Shown here: positions 31,891-43,237 of the stretch, piece by piece | Layout: each line of letters starts with the position of its first letter | Position numbering within the stretch: the first letter of the stretch is position 1 | Origin: a virus | Virus record (IMG/VR): IMGVR_UViG_3300046323_000234 | Length of the DNA stretch: 64,000 nucleotides | Strand: one strand, 5' to 3' | Program-made: the position numbers and the translations under genes | The notes under the pieces: generated by a model | Database searches by the model: none | What the model saw: only the letters and a program-made list of their open reading frames with translations | What the model was told of the DNA's origin: nothing

Positions 31891-32544
31891 ATGTTACCAT
31901 TAACAAAAAGAGTAGAAAATAATTTTAAATTAGGAATTTATCTAGTAAACGAATCTGATTCTAACATTTCATCGGAAACAATTACGGAAAGAATTTTTTG
32001 TGCTGACCAGTATTCACCAGCAGTTAGATCCAATGTGGATATTAAGAGTTATTATACCACAATTCTAAAGGGTATTAATAAAGTATTTGGTAGAGATTCA
32101 TATAATCATAATATTAATGGTTATAATGTATTATCTAGGTATGAGAAAGCTGAAGCATTATATGGTAACGAATATAATTATGGAAATTCTAAATTATATA
32201 GACCAAGTATTAAAAATATTTTTATTGATGATAAAATGAATGTGGGTTCTAAAATAGAAATATCTGGAACACCTATTAAGATTGGTCTTTATCTAAATGA
32301 TGCACCAATCATTGAAAGAATTATTTACACAAGAAAATATAACCCATCTGTTAGATTCTCAAAAGAATTATACGATTTCGTATTGGATACCGTATCCGAT
32401 ATTTCGGAAGACCTTAGAGCAAAGGATATTATATATCAGTTCAATGAACAATATAACCAATCCAATAAAGGTACATTAATCCCCACACAGATTGGTGAAT
32501 TTAGCAGAGAGAAAAGATTAGAATTATTGAACAAAGTTTATTAA
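31891..32544 (+). CDS. Hypothetical protein in replication block
   Basis: Internally duplicated IERI...Y(S/N)P-x-VR motif. Confidence 0.7.
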   Translation: MLPLTKRVENNFKLGIYLVNESDSNISSETITERIFCADQYSPAVRSNVDIKSYYTTILKGINKVFGRDSYNHNINGYNVLSRYEKAEALYGNEYNYGNSKLYRPSIKNIFIDDKMNVGSKIEISGTPIKIGLYLNDAPIIERIIYTRKYNPSVRFSKELYDFVLDTVSDISEDLRAKDIIYQFNEQYNQSNKGTLIPTQIGEFSREKRLELLNKVY

Positions 32545-32616
32545 AATTTATTTTTAATAAATCAATAATTTTTTAAAACATCTTCCTATTTATATTCACC
32601 CTCTAACAAAAAAAAC

Positions 32617-34098
32617 GTGGACAACAAAAAAGACATCGGATATTTAGGCTCGTCATTTCAATTAAAATCAATATGGCAATTGCTTACAAACAATAAGTTT
32701 GCATCAAAAGTTATTGATTTATTGGAATCGAGCTATTATGATGACTCTAATTACAAACAACTGGTTATCTTTATTAAAGACTATTATCAAAAACATGAAG
32801 TATTTGCTTCGATTAAAAATGATTCAATAGTTGAATACATTAATCATAAGTTTGGACAAAGAGATTTAAGCGAATCCGAAAAAATTCAAAAGGAAACATT
32901 ATTAAAGATAATCGATAAGATTAGAGTTTATGACGAAAGAGTTTCCAGTGGTGATCTAAATGATGATAGTACAGTTGTTATAAAACAGATATTAGAATTT
33001 GTTAAACAACAAGTATATTATAATTTAGGTATTAAGATTATATCTGATGTGGAATTAGGTTCGTTCGGTGAAAAAACGATTGATTCTATTGATGACATGT
33101 CAAAAACTATCACCAAACTATCAGATAATTATGATGAAGGTGAGAATGTATTTGATGATATCGATAGTGTGCTTGATGATGATTTTAGAGAACCAGTAGC
33201 AACTGGAATAGGTAAATTGGATTTGCTAATGGGTGGTGGTTTAGGTAAGGGTGAGATTGGAATGATATTAGCACCATTAGGATCTGGAAAGACAACATTA
33301 TTAACAATGTTTGCTCAACATGCCCATAGAATGGGTAAAAACGTGTTGCAAATCTTCTTTGAAGACACCACTAAACAAATCAAAAGAAAGCATTTTACCA
33401 AAATATCTGGAATAAAGTTATCTGAAATCGAGCACAATAAAGAGTTTGTTAAAGAAACTGTTCAAAACTATTACAAAAATTGTGAATCTAAATTAGTGCT
33501 TAAAAAATTCTCTCAAGATGGAACAACAATTCCAAAAATGAGAAGATGGATATTGGATTATCAAAAAACAAATAACATTAAATTCGATATTATATTATTG
33601 GATTATATAGATGTTGTTGAATCACATAGAAAAAATGTCAATGGTGATACATTATCGGATGAACTACACGTATTTAGATGTTTCGAAGATTTGATTAGTG
33701 AGTTAGATATTCCAGGTTGGTCAGCTATTCAAGGCAATAGAGGCTCAATTGCTGCTGAAATCGTTGATACTGACAAGATGGGTGGAAACATCAAAAAAGC
33801 ACAAAAAACACACTTCTTGATGTCGGTTGCAAGACCATTAGCCCTAAAGAAATTAAAAAAGGCAAAGTTCTCAATACTTAAATCAAGATTTGGTGGTGAT
33901 GGTGAAATATTTGATGACTCAACATTTGACCATGATAAAATGTTTGTTGAATTCGATAAAAAACCAGAAGAACCAGAAGAAGATAGACGTACTTATAATA
34001 AAAAAAGTACAATAAAAAATCTGGAAAAAATGGTCAATGATAATAATGACGAAAATCCATTTGATGTTAAATTAATTGCTGAATTGTTGGGTGAATAA
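32617..34098 (+). CDS. DnaB/gp41-like replicative helicase
   Basis: TGIGKLD, APLGSGKTT, FFED, LLDYID, QGNR, LKSRFG; GTG start. Confidence 0.9.
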   Translation: MDNKKDIGYLGSSFQLKSIWQLLTNNKFASKVIDLLESSYYDDSNYKQLVIFIKDYYQKHEVFASIKNDSIVEYINHKFGQRDLSESEKIQKETLLKIIDKIRVYDERVSSGDLNDDSTVVIKQILEFVKQQVYYNLGIKIISDVELGSFGEKTIDSIDDMSKTITKLSDNYDEGENVFDDIDSVLDDDFREPVATGIGKLDLLMGGGLGKGEIGMILAPLGSGKTTLLTMFAQHAHRMGKNVLQIFFEDTTKQIKRKHFTKISGIKLSEIEHNKEFVKETVQNYYKNCESKLVLKKFSQDGTTIPKMRRWILDYQKTNNIKFDIILLDYIDVVESHRKNVNGDTLSDELHVFRCFEDLISELDIPGWSAIQGNRGSIAAEIVDTDKMGGNIKKAQKTHFLMSVARPLALKKLKKAKFSILKSRFGGDGEIFDDSTFDHDKMFVEFDKKPEEPEEDRRTYNKKSTIKNLEKMVNDNNDENPFDVKLIAELLGE

Positions 34099-34159
34099 TA
34101 AACGTTTTTGGATTGGGGTAAAATAAATAAGGTTTTAAAAAGTAATAAGTATATAATAT

Positions 34160-36466
34160 ATGGGTAATAATATATTCGTAAAAAAAAGATCAGACGAAAG
34201 GGAATTATTGAATTTTGAAAAAATAAATAAAGTTTTATTGTGGGCAACTGAAAATATTGCAGGTGTTTCAGCATCGGATGTGGCAATGAATGCACATTTA
34301 CAAATATTTGATGGGATAACAACAAAACAAATTCATGAAATATTAGTAAGATCAGCATCGGATTTGATTAGTGAAAAAACACCAAATTATCAATATGTTG
34401 CTGGTAATCTATTAAATTATTTAATAAGAAAGGATATATTTGATGCATCAAATAATCTACCATCACTATATGATGTTATAGTAAATAATGTTGATTTGGG
34501 TGTTTATGATAAATTAGTTTTAGAAAAATATAGTAAAAACGATATTGATGATTTGGATAAATTAATTAAACACGATAGAGATTATAATTTTACATATGCT
34601 GGTATTCAACAATTAGTTGATAAATATCTATTAAAAGATAGAAAAACTAATAGACTGTATGAAACACCACAATATGCATATATGCTAATCGCAATGACCG
34701 TGTTTGCTGATTCAACTGATAGGTTTAGATTGGTTAAAGAAGCATATAATCAATTTTCAACACATAAAATTTCATTACCAACACCAATTATGTCTGGTGT
34801 GAGAACACCGAATAGACAATGGTCATCATGCACATTAATTGATGTTGGTGACTCATTAGATTCAATATTTCATAGTAATAGTGCTGTTGGGTATTATACA
34901 TCTAAAAGAGCTGGTATTGGATTAAATATGGGTAGAGTTAGAGCAATGGGTGATACTATTAGGGGTGGTGAGGTTGTTCACACTGGTGTTATACCATTTC
35001 TTAGAATGTTTCAATCAACAACTAAATCATGTACGCAAAATGGAATCAGGGGTGGGCATTCCACCACGCATTTTCCATTTTGGCATAGAGAAATTGAAGA
35101 TATTCTAGTGTTAAAAAATAATAAGGGAACTGACGATAATAGGGTTAGGCATATGGATTACTCAATCCAAATGAATAGACTTTTTTATAGAAGATTTATG
35201 CAAGGTGGTGATATCTCATTATTCTCACCAAATGATGTTCCAGATATGTATGAAGCATTTTTTCAATCCAATAATAAATTTGAAGAATTGTATGAAAAAT
35301 ATGAGAAAAATAAAAAAATAAAAAAACAAGTTGTTAAAGCTAGTGATTTATTTAATCAATTAGTGCAAGAACGAATTGGTACTGGTAGAATATATATAAT
35401 GAATGTTGATCATGCAAATGAACATAGTGCATTCAATGATAGTGTATATATGTCCAACCTTTGTCAGGAGGTTTGTCTTCCAACTTCCCCAATAAATAAT
35501 GTTAATGAGGGTATTGATGGTAATGGTGAAATTGCATTATGTGTATTAGGTGCTGTTAATTTAGGTGTACTAAAAGATATTAAAGATTTAGAACTGACTA
35601 TGAATATTTTAGTTAGATGTTTAGATTTTATTATTGAAAATCAAGATTATCCAGTTGAAACAGCAAAAAAAATGTTATATAGAAGATCACTTGGTATCGG
35701 TATAACAAATTTTGCATATTGGCTTGCAAAAAATAATGTTAATTATGATACACCAGAGACATTACCATTGGTGGATGAATTAATGGAACATATTCAATAC
35801 TATGGTCTAAAAGCTTCTGTTGAATTGGCAAAAGAGTTTGGAAAGTGTGAATATTTTAATAAAACAAAATATAGTCTTGGAGTATTACCTATTGATACAT
35901 ATAATAAAAATGTTGATTCTATTGTTAATAGAGAACATTCATTAGATTGGGAAGAACTGCGTGATGAAATTAAAATTTTTGGACTAAGAAATAGTTGTAT
36001 ATCTGCTGTAATGCCATGTGAATCAAGTAGTTTAATAACTAATTCTACCAATGGTATTGAACCAATACGTGATTTTGTAACAACAAAAAAATCGAAACAA
36101 GGTTTAATAAGAATGGTTGTCCCAGAAATTGGAAAATTAAAAAATAAGTATCAACTTGCATTTGATTTGAATGATAATAGAGGTATAACAAATATTCAAG
36201 CTGTGATAACAAAATGGATTGATCAAGCAATATCTGGAAATCATTATTACGATATTACAAAATTTGAAAATAATGAAATACCTATGAGTACTGTGGTTAA
36301 AGATATTATGTATGCATATAAGATGGGTGTGAAAACACTATACTATGCTAATACAAATGATGATAAAAATGATGAATTTACACAAAAAAATAATGAAAAA
36401 AATAAACAATCAGAATTAATTGAAGAAACTATTGATGGTTGTATAGATGGCGCATGTACAATTTAA
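34160..36466 (+). CDS. nrdA: Class Ia ribonucleotide reductase alpha subunit with ATP cone
   Basis: PTP, SSC, SNLCQE, LGIG, TLYY; C-terminal CIDGAC. Confidence 0.97.
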   Translation: MGNNIFVKKRSDERELLNFEKINKVLLWATENIAGVSASDVAMNAHLQIFDGITTKQIHEILVRSASDLISEKTPNYQYVAGNLLNYLIRKDIFDASNNLPSLYDVIVNNVDLGVYDKLVLEKYSKNDIDDLDKLIKHDRDYNFTYAGIQQLVDKYLLKDRKTNRLYETPQYAYMLIAMTVFADSTDRFRLVKEAYNQFSTHKISLPTPIMSGVRTPNRQWSSCTLIDVGDSLDSIFHSNSAVGYYTSKRAGIGLNMGRVRAMGDTIRGGEVVHTGVIPFLRMFQSTTKSCTQNGIRGGHSTTHFPFWHREIEDILVLKNNKGTDDNRVRHMDYSIQMNRLFYRRFMQGGDISLFSPNDVPDMYEAFFQSNNKFEELYEKYEKNKKIKKQVVKASDLFNQLVQERIGTGRIYIMNVDHANEHSAFNDSVYMSNLCQEVCLPTSPINNVNEGIDGNGEIALCVLGAVNLGVLKDIKDLELTMNILVRCLDFIIENQDYPVETAKKMLYRRSLGIGITNFAYWLAKNNVNYDTPETLPLVDELMEHIQYYGLKASVELAKEFGKCEYFNKTKYSLGVLPIDTYNKNVDSIVNREHSLDWEELRDEIKIFGLRNSCISAVMPCESSSLITNSTNGIEPIRDFVTTKKSKQGLIRMVVPEIGKLKNKYQLAFDLNDNRGITNIQAVITKWIDQAISGNHYYDITKFENNEIPMSTVVKDIMYAYKMGVKTLYYANTNDDKNDEFTQKNNEKNKQSELIEETIDGCIDGACTI

Positions 36467-36478
36467 TTTTAAATAAAA

Positions 36479-37555
36479 ATGGAAAATAAAACAATTATTA
36501 ATTTAGATTTGGTTGACTATAAAAAAGAACCAATATTTTTCGGTAAAGGATTAAATATTCAAAGATATGATGATCCAAAATATCCAGTATTTTTTGAATT
36601 TTTTAAAAAACAACTTGGATTTTTTTGGAGGCCAGAAGAAGTAGATGTTTCTAAAGATAGAAATGATTTTAACATATTAACTGAACAAGAAAAATTTATT
36701 TTTACACAAAATTTATCTTATCAAATTTTATTAGATAGTGTTCAATCCAGAGGTATTGGATATTTATTGAATGATGTATCATCACCAGAGGTTGAAGCAT
36801 TTGCAAAATCATGGGAATTTTTTGAAACATTACATAGTTATTCATATACTTACATTATAAAAAATGTGTATTCAAATCCAACAATAGTTTTTGATAATAT
36901 TTTATTAGATAAAGAGGTTTTAAAAAGAACATCATCGGTAACACATTATTATGATAGTTTAATTAATTCCATACCTGAAGATAGTATAGATGAAAAAAAG
37001 AAAAAATTATACCTAACAATAATGTCTATTAATATATTAGAAGGTATTAGATTTTATGTTTCATTTGCTTGTTCATTTGCGTTTGCTGAAAATAAAAAAA
37101 TGGAGGGGAATGCTAAAATTATTGCTTTAATTGCTAGAGACGAAAATCTACATCTTGGTTTTACACAAACAATATTGAATTTATTTAGAAATGAATCCTC
37201 CGAAGGATTTCAACATATTGTTAAAGAATGTGAACCAATCGTAAAAAAAATGTTTGAAGATGCAGCAAAAGAAGAAATGGCATGGGCTGATTATCTTTTT
37301 GAAAATGGATCAATGCTTGGTTTAAATTCAGAAATTCTAAAAAAGTATATGAAATGGTTAACCAATAGAAGAATGAAAGATATTGGATTAGAACCAATTT
37401 TTGAAAAAACAATCAATCCAATAACATGGATTAACAATTGGATTTCATCAAAAGGCGTTCAGAACGCACCAATGGAAACTGCCATAGAGAGTTACATTAT
37501 TGGTTCATTTAAACAAGATTTAGATACTGCTGATTATAGTGAATTTGATTTTTAA
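36479..37555 (+). CDS. nrdB: Class Ia ribonucleotide reductase beta subunit
   Basis: FFWRPEE, LLDSVQ, ETLHSYSY, LEGIRFYVSF, RDENLH. Confidence 0.97.
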   Translation: MENKTIINLDLVDYKKEPIFFGKGLNIQRYDDPKYPVFFEFFKKQLGFFWRPEEVDVSKDRNDFNILTEQEKFIFTQNLSYQILLDSVQSRGIGYLLNDVSSPEVEAFAKSWEFFETLHSYSYTYIIKNVYSNPTIVFDNILLDKEVLKRTSSVTHYYDSLINSIPEDSIDEKKKKLYLTIMSINILEGIRFYVSFACSFAFAENKKMEGNAKIIALIARDENLHLGFTQTILNLFRNESSEGFQHIVKECEPIVKKMFEDAAKEEMAWADYLFENGSMLGLNSEILKKYMKWLTNRRMKDIGLEPIFEKTINPITWINNWISSKGVQNAPMETAIESYIIGSFKQDLDTADYSEFDF

Positions 37556-37570
37556 AAAATAAAATAAATT

Positions 37571-37601
37571 AAAAGACCAGTTTAAAAGATTGGTCTTTTT
37601 T
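37571..37601 (+). terminator. Rho-independent terminator
   Basis: AAAGACCAG...TTGGTCTTTTTT. Confidence 0.75.
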
Positions 37602-37733
37602 ATTTTACTCGGCATTATTGTAATTAATAGTCAATAAAAATTTAGAAATTTACAAAAATTATAACAATAATAATGGGCATAATGCTATGAAATAATTTTT
37701 TCATAACTAATTATAATAAAAATATATTTAGTT

Positions 37734-39023
37734 ATGGAAAATAATAAAACATTTAAAATTAATAATCATGAAATTAGGACAACTAGAGGAATTAAAGATT
37801 TTTTTAGAAGAAATAATCCAGACAAGGTAACATTGAATATAGAAAATCATGAAATATGTTGCATATTTATGGGATATTATAATATTGTTGAATACAATAA
37901 AATGTATGAAACATTACTATTATATGCCGATGATATTAAAGGATCTAACATAAGAAAAACAATCCAAGAATTGGGTGATGATATCTTTTGTCCTAAAAGA
38001 TATTTACAATATATTGAATATAAGAAAATAAATCCACAGGATGTTAATTCTGATACATGTTATAAATTGAAATTTGGTGATAATTGGGAAGAAATTAAAA
38101 AATGTAATTTTAATAATAGAAAATCACCATACGACCCTGAATATATTTCAAAAAAATATAATATTTGTTTAGATGAGGCTATTAAATATGTTGAAAAATA
38201 TAAAAGTGATAAATCAACTTCGAAAGAAAATTTTATAAAAAAACATGGTGAAGATATTGGTGGTGAAATGTTCGATAAATTTCAAAAAACATCAAAACAT
38301 ACAAAAGAAAAATATATAGAAAAATATGGTGAATTAGATGGTATAGATAAATGGAATGAATATGTTAGAATTAAGAAAGTAACTAGTAAAAGATCAATTG
38401 ATTATTGGCTAAAGTTAACCAATAATGATTTTGAATATGCTGAAAAATTAAGATATGATCATCATATTAAAAATTTCAATACAGCATCAGTTAATTTTTG
38501 GATTAATAAAGGATTATCTGATGATGATGCAATAAAAAAAGTTAAAGAAATATATAATAAAAAACAATTATTTTTTGCGAGAGCCTCTAAAGAAAGTTTG
38601 AAATACTTAAATCCGTTAAAAGATATCTTCGAAAATTTAAATTATAGGGTATATCTAGGTATTGATAATTATCATGAATTTACCTTATATGATAAGCCTA
38701 ATAAAAAACTAAAATTTTATGATTTCACAGTACCAGAAATTAAATTAATAATTGAATATCATGGCGAAAAGTATCACCCTAATCCAAATAAATTAACAAA
38801 AGAAGAATGGGATAATTGGCAATGTTACAATTTTGATAGAAATAATAAAAATTATAGTAAAATAAATGCTAACGATAAATATGAAATTGATCAATATAAA
38901 AAAAATTTAGCAATTAATAATGATTATACATATATTGAACTTTGGAGTTCTGATTCATATGATATTAATATGGATAAGATTAATACATATCTAAAATCAA
39001 TCCAATCCAATATCCGTAATTAA
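37734..39023 (+). CDS. Putative homing endonuclease with repeated N-terminal helices and a C-terminal Vsr/PD-(D/E)XK-like domain
   Basis: KENFIKKHG and KEKYIEKYG repeats; YDFTVPEIKLIIEYHGEKYH. Confidence 0.7.
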   Translation: MENNKTFKINNHEIRTTRGIKDFFRRNNPDKVTLNIENHEICCIFMGYYNIVEYNKMYETLLLYADDIKGSNIRKTIQELGDDIFCPKRYLQYIEYKKINPQDVNSDTCYKLKFGDNWEEIKKCNFNNRKSPYDPEYISKKYNICLDEAIKYVEKYKSDKSTSKENFIKKHGEDIGGEMFDKFQKTSKHTKEKYIEKYGELDGIDKWNEYVRIKKVTSKRSIDYWLKLTNNDFEYAEKLRYDHHIKNFNTASVNFWINKGLSDDDAIKKVKEIYNKKQLFFARASKESLKYLNPLKDIFENLNYRVYLGIDNYHEFTLYDKPNKKLKFYDFTVPEIKLIIEYHGEKYHPNPNKLTKEEWDNWQCYNFDRNNKNYSKINANDKYEIDQYKKNLAINNDYTYIELWSSDSYDINMDKINTYLKSIQSNIRN

Positions 39024-39111
39024 AAATTTTGATATTGAGAATATTAAAACCGATGAGGGAATCACATGTTCATTGGATAATCCAGATGAATGTTTAATGT
39101 GTGGTTCATAA
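38995..39111 (+). pseudogene. Orphan C-terminal remnant of a different nrdA
   Basis: Start-less frame ...KTDEGITCSLDNPDECLMCGS*. Confidence 0.7.
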
Positions 39112-39128
39112 TTCATACAACATAACAT

Positions 39129-39160
39129 AAAAAGCCAATCCAATCGGGTTGGCTTTTTTT
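39129..39160 (+). terminator. Rho-independent terminator
   Basis: AAAAGCCAATCC...GGGTTGGCTTTTTTT. Confidence 0.8.
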
Positions 39161-39224
39161 ATTTATATGCACATCACCACAACATTTTGTAATAACTATT
39201 TATACTATATAAACAATATTATAA

Positions 39225-42200
39225 ATGGGTGGTAGAAAAATAACCATTAAGCAAATTGATGCGACATTAATTCCAGATGGAAAAATTGTAAAGGCTAGTG
39301 GTGGTACATTGGTATTTACAAGTGAAACAACTGGTGTTGTTGATGGTGACAAAGGTGATATAATAATATCAAATACTGGTCAGACTTATGTTATTGATCA
39401 AAAAGCTGTTACTTATGATAAGATTCAAGATACATTAAACACTAATATTCTAATAGGTAGATATGACCCTGCTGGTGGTGTATTACAAGAAATTATGATT
39501 GGTACTGGTTTGTTAATAACTGGTGACACATTGGTGTCAACTGCTGCATTTTTTGGTAGTGGTGGAACATCTGGTGAAATAAATACCGCAAGTAATTTAG
39601 GAACTGGTATTGGTTTATATAGTACAAAAGTTGGAAGTGATTTAAGATTTAAATCAATAATGGCTGGCCCAAATATAATTATATCTGGTAATAGCTCAAT
39701 GATTATAATTTCTGGCTCACCTAGTGGAGAAATTAATACTGCATCAAATGTTGGTACTGGTGTTGAATTGTTTAAACAAAAAAATGGATTTGATTTAGAA
39801 TTTAAAACAATATCAGGTACTCCAAATCAAATAACTGTTATAAGCGGAAGTAATTTGATTAGATTGGCTTTGCCACAGGATATTGCTATTACATCAAGTC
39901 CAACGTTTTTAAATGTAAATGCTGATAATATAGTTACCACAGGAAGTAATCAAACAATAAGTGGTGTAAAAACATTTGTTAATAATATTATTGCCAGTGC
40001 ATTAACATTAACAGTAACAACTGGAAAGCCACCGTTAGTAGTAAGTTCATCAACAATGGTTGTGAATCTAAATGCGGATTTAATTGATAGTATTCAAGGC
40101 GTGGATTTAGTTACTGGTGGTACAAATTTTGGTGGAGGTATAAGTCCTTTTACAACTAAAGTTGCAAAAGATTTATTATTTAGAGGTCTAACTGGTAGAA
40201 CGAATCAAATAATCATATCGGCTAGTACTTCGTTAATTACATTTAGTTTACCACAAGATATTGGTGGTACATCTGTACCACAATTTGGTGGATTAAATAT
40301 TTCAAATAATATAGTATCAAGTGCAATAACAGTAACGAATAGTGCTAGGTTGTTATATATAACTGGTACAACGAATCAAACATTAGTATTAACACCGAAT
40401 GGTGTTATATCAGCAACGACAATTGCCATTATTGCAAATACGAATATAATAACTGGTGGTACAAATTTTGGTGGAGGTATTGCTGTATATTCAGGTAATA
40501 ATGTTAATAATTTATTCTTTAGAACATTAACAGGTAGAACGAATCAAATAATTATTTCAGCTAGTACTAATTTGATTACATTTGCTTTACCACAAGATAT
40601 TGGTGGCACATCTGTACCACAATTTGGTGGATTAAATATAACAAATAATATAACAACTAGTGCAATAACAATTACAAATAGTGCAAGGTTATTATATATT
40701 ACTGGTACAACGAATCAAACATTAGTCATAACACCGAATGGTATCATATCGGCAACGACAATTATTGATAATGGTGAAGTAAATACTGCTAGTAATATAG
40801 GTGGTGGTGTTGGCGTGTTTTCTGATAAATCAGGTGTTGATTTAAGATTTAAAACTTTCAGCGGAACATCAAATCAAGTAATTATATCAGCTAGTACTGA
40901 TATGGTTATATTTAGATTACCACAAGATATAGCAACTACATCAAGTCCTACATTTAGGAATATAACAACAAGTGCTATAACAGTAACAAATAGTGCAAGA
41001 TTATTACACATTACTGGCACAACTGATCAAATACTGACTTTAACACCAAATGGCGTAGTATCAGCAACAACAATTGCCAATTATTATAATGAAATATTTC
41101 CAGAAGATGGTGCATCATCGAATGTAACAGTAACTGGTTGGACAAGGGTAGCAATGCGAACATCATCAAGTGGTAGAGGTCAATCTATTGTAACAATCTA
41201 TTCTAGGGGTGGTAATTCAGCAACAGCATCAGTTCAATTATATTGGGGAACTAGTAGTAGTTCATCATCTGCTGAATTAAGAATTGTTGGAGGGCATTTA
41301 AGAGTACAAGGTCTTGAAGATGATGGTGTAACACCAGTATTTAGAAGTGTACTAGAAAATACAGTTACATATCTAGAAATGGAAGTAATTTCAGTACCAA
41401 GAAGTTATTGGGCAAGAGTTAATAATGTTGGTTCAACATTATATCCAACAACACCACTAAACTTTGAATTATCACCATTAACTGGTACAACAGTTGCAGA
41501 GATACCATATACTGCATTATATGTAAAAGACTTTCAAGTTAATTTAGATGGTTCAGTATCATCAAGGAATTTTATTACAGCTAGTGGATTTACATCAACA
41601 GTACCAATTGGTACTGCACCTTTAGTTGTAAATTCATCTACATTGGTAAATAATTTAAATGTTCAATATTTTGATGGATTAGAAAGTAGTGATTATGTTA
41701 ACGTTAGTAGTCCACAATCAATAACAGGTGTTAAAACATTTAATAATGATATTATTGTAAATAAAAATATTATAACAAGTGCTATAACAGTAACGAATAG
41801 TGCAAGGTTATTATACATTACTGGTAATACCAATTTAGCATTAATATTAACACCGAATGGTGTTATATCGGCAACGACAATAAATACAAATAATAATATT
41901 GGTACAATCACTGGTGGAACTAATTTAGGTAGTAATTTTAACATATTTAGCGGTAATAGTGGTAATAATCTATTTTTTAGAACAATTATTGGCGGTGGTA
42001 ATATATCAATATCGGGTAATAATACAACAATTATTATATCTGGTTCATCTGGTGCTAGTGGTGAAGTAAATACAGCTAGTAATATAGGTAATGGTGTTGA
42101 TATATTTGCAAATAAATCAGGTGATGATTTAAGATTTAGAACATTAAGTGGAACACCTAATCAAATAAATATATTTAGTGGTACATCATTATTAACTTTT

Positions 42201-43187
42201 GGTTTACCACAAGACATTGCAACAACATCAAGCCCAACATTTAATAATTTAAATATTACAAATAATATTGTATCAAGTGCAATAACGATAACAAATAGTG
42301 CAAGGTTATTATATATTACTGGTACAACGAATCAAACATTGGTATTAACACCGAATGGTGTTATATCAGCAACTACAATTGCCATTATTGCGAATACGAA
42401 TATAATAACTGGTGGTACAAATTTTGGTGGAGGTATTGCTGTATATTCAGGTAATAATGTTAATAATTTATTCTTTAGAACATTAACTGGTAGAACAAAT
42501 CAAATAATCATATCAGCTAGTACTGATTTGATTACATTTAGCTTACCACAAGATATTGGTGGTACTTCATCGGTCAATTTTTCAAATTTAAATATTAGTA
42601 ATAATATTATAACAAATAATATTATTAGTGGTGGCTCTTTAAGTATAAATAGATTAGTTGTTGCATCAGCATTTACATCAACAGTTAGTACTGGAACACA
42701 ACCAATAAGTGTACAATCAAGAACATTGGTTACGAATCTAAATGCTAGTTTATTAGTTGGTCAGAGTGACACATTTTATGTTAACACAGGTACAAGTCAG
42801 ACAATAACTGGTATAAAGACATTTGTTTCGGATGTTGTTGCAATTAGAATGATAACAGCAAGTGCATTAACACTTACAGTAAGAACTGGAATGCCACCAT
42901 TGGTAGTGAGTTCATCAACAATGGTTGTGAATCTAAATGCTGATATGATTGATAATATTCAAGGTAATCAATTAATAACAGGTGGAACTAATCTAGGTGG
43001 TGGTGTACAAATATTTTCTGGAAATACACCATATAATTTAAATTTTAGAACGGTATTTGGTGATCCAACAATACAAATAAGTGCTAATACAACAACAGCA
43101 ACAATAATGTATAAACCAATCATTATCGTAACTGGCGATTCACCGACTGGCGTATATCCAGATGGGGCGATTTGGATACAAATCTAA
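39225..43187 (+). CDS. Long repetitive tail fibre protein
   Basis: GE(I/V)NTASN, TGGTNFGGG, LPQDI, NSARLL and QTISGVKTF repeats; late motif upstream. Confidence 0.8.
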   Translation: MGGRKITIKQIDATLIPDGKIVKASGGTLVFTSETTGVVDGDKGDIIISNTGQTYVIDQKAVTYDKIQDTLNTNILIGRYDPAGGVLQEIMIGTGLLITGDTLVSTAAFFGSGGTSGEINTASNLGTGIGLYSTKVGSDLRFKSIMAGPNIIISGNSSMIIISGSPSGEINTASNVGTGVELFKQKNGFDLEFKTISGTPNQITVISGSNLIRLALPQDIAITSSPTFLNVNADNIVTTGSNQTISGVKTFVNNIIASALTLTVTTGKPPLVVSSSTMVVNLNADLIDSIQGVDLVTGGTNFGGGISPFTTKVAKDLLFRGLTGRTNQIIISASTSLITFSLPQDIGGTSVPQFGGLNISNNIVSSAITVTNSARLLYITGTTNQTLVLTPNGVISATTIAIIANTNIITGGTNFGGGIAVYSGNNVNNLFFRTLTGRTNQIIISASTNLITFALPQDIGGTSVPQFGGLNITNNITTSAITITNSARLLYITGTTNQTLVITPNGIISATTIIDNGEVNTASNIGGGVGVFSDKSGVDLRFKTFSGTSNQVIISASTDMVIFRLPQDIATTSSPTFRNITTSAITVTNSARLLHITGTTDQILTLTPNGVVSATTIANYYNEIFPEDGASSNVTVTGWTRVAMRTSSSGRGQSIVTIYSRGGNSATASVQLYWGTSSSSSSAELRIVGGHLRVQGLEDDGVTPVFRSVLENTVTYLEMEVISVPRSYWARVNNVGSTLYPTTPLNFELSPLTGTTVAEIPYTALYVKDFQVNLDGSVSSRNFITASGFTSTVPIGTAPLVVNSSTLVNNLNVQYFDGLESSDYVNVSSPQSITGVKTFNNDIIVNKNIITSAITVTNSARLLYITGNTNLALILTPNGVISATTINTNNNIGTITGGTNLGSNFNIFSGNSGNNLFFRTIIGGGNISISGNNTTIIISGSSGASGEVNTASNIGNGVDIFANKSGDDLRFRTLSGTPNQINIFSGTSLLTFGLPQDIATTSSPTFNNLNITNNIVSSAITITNSARLLYITGTTNQTLVLTPNGVISATTIAIIANTNIITGGTNFGGGIAVYSGNNVNNLFFRTLTGRTNQIIISASTDLITFSLPQDIGGTSSVNFSNLNISNNIITNNIISGGSLSINRLVVASAFTSTVSTGTQPISVQSRTLVTNLNASLLVGQSDTFYVNTGTSQTITGIKTFVSDVVAIRMITASALTLTVRTGMPPLVVSSSTMVVNLNADMIDNIQGNQLITGGTNLGGGVQIFSGNTPYNLNFRTVFGDPTIQISANTTTATIMYKPIIIVTGDSPTGVYPDGAIWIQI

Positions 43188-43237
43188 TTATGATATCTAA
43201 ACAAAATAAACTATTTATAAGAGATTAAATATAGTAA

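Noticed and set aside
37605-37700. Intron or intein remnant before the endonuclease (GIIVINSQ frame, weak hairpin)
   Set aside because: Too short and AT-rich to distinguish from chance
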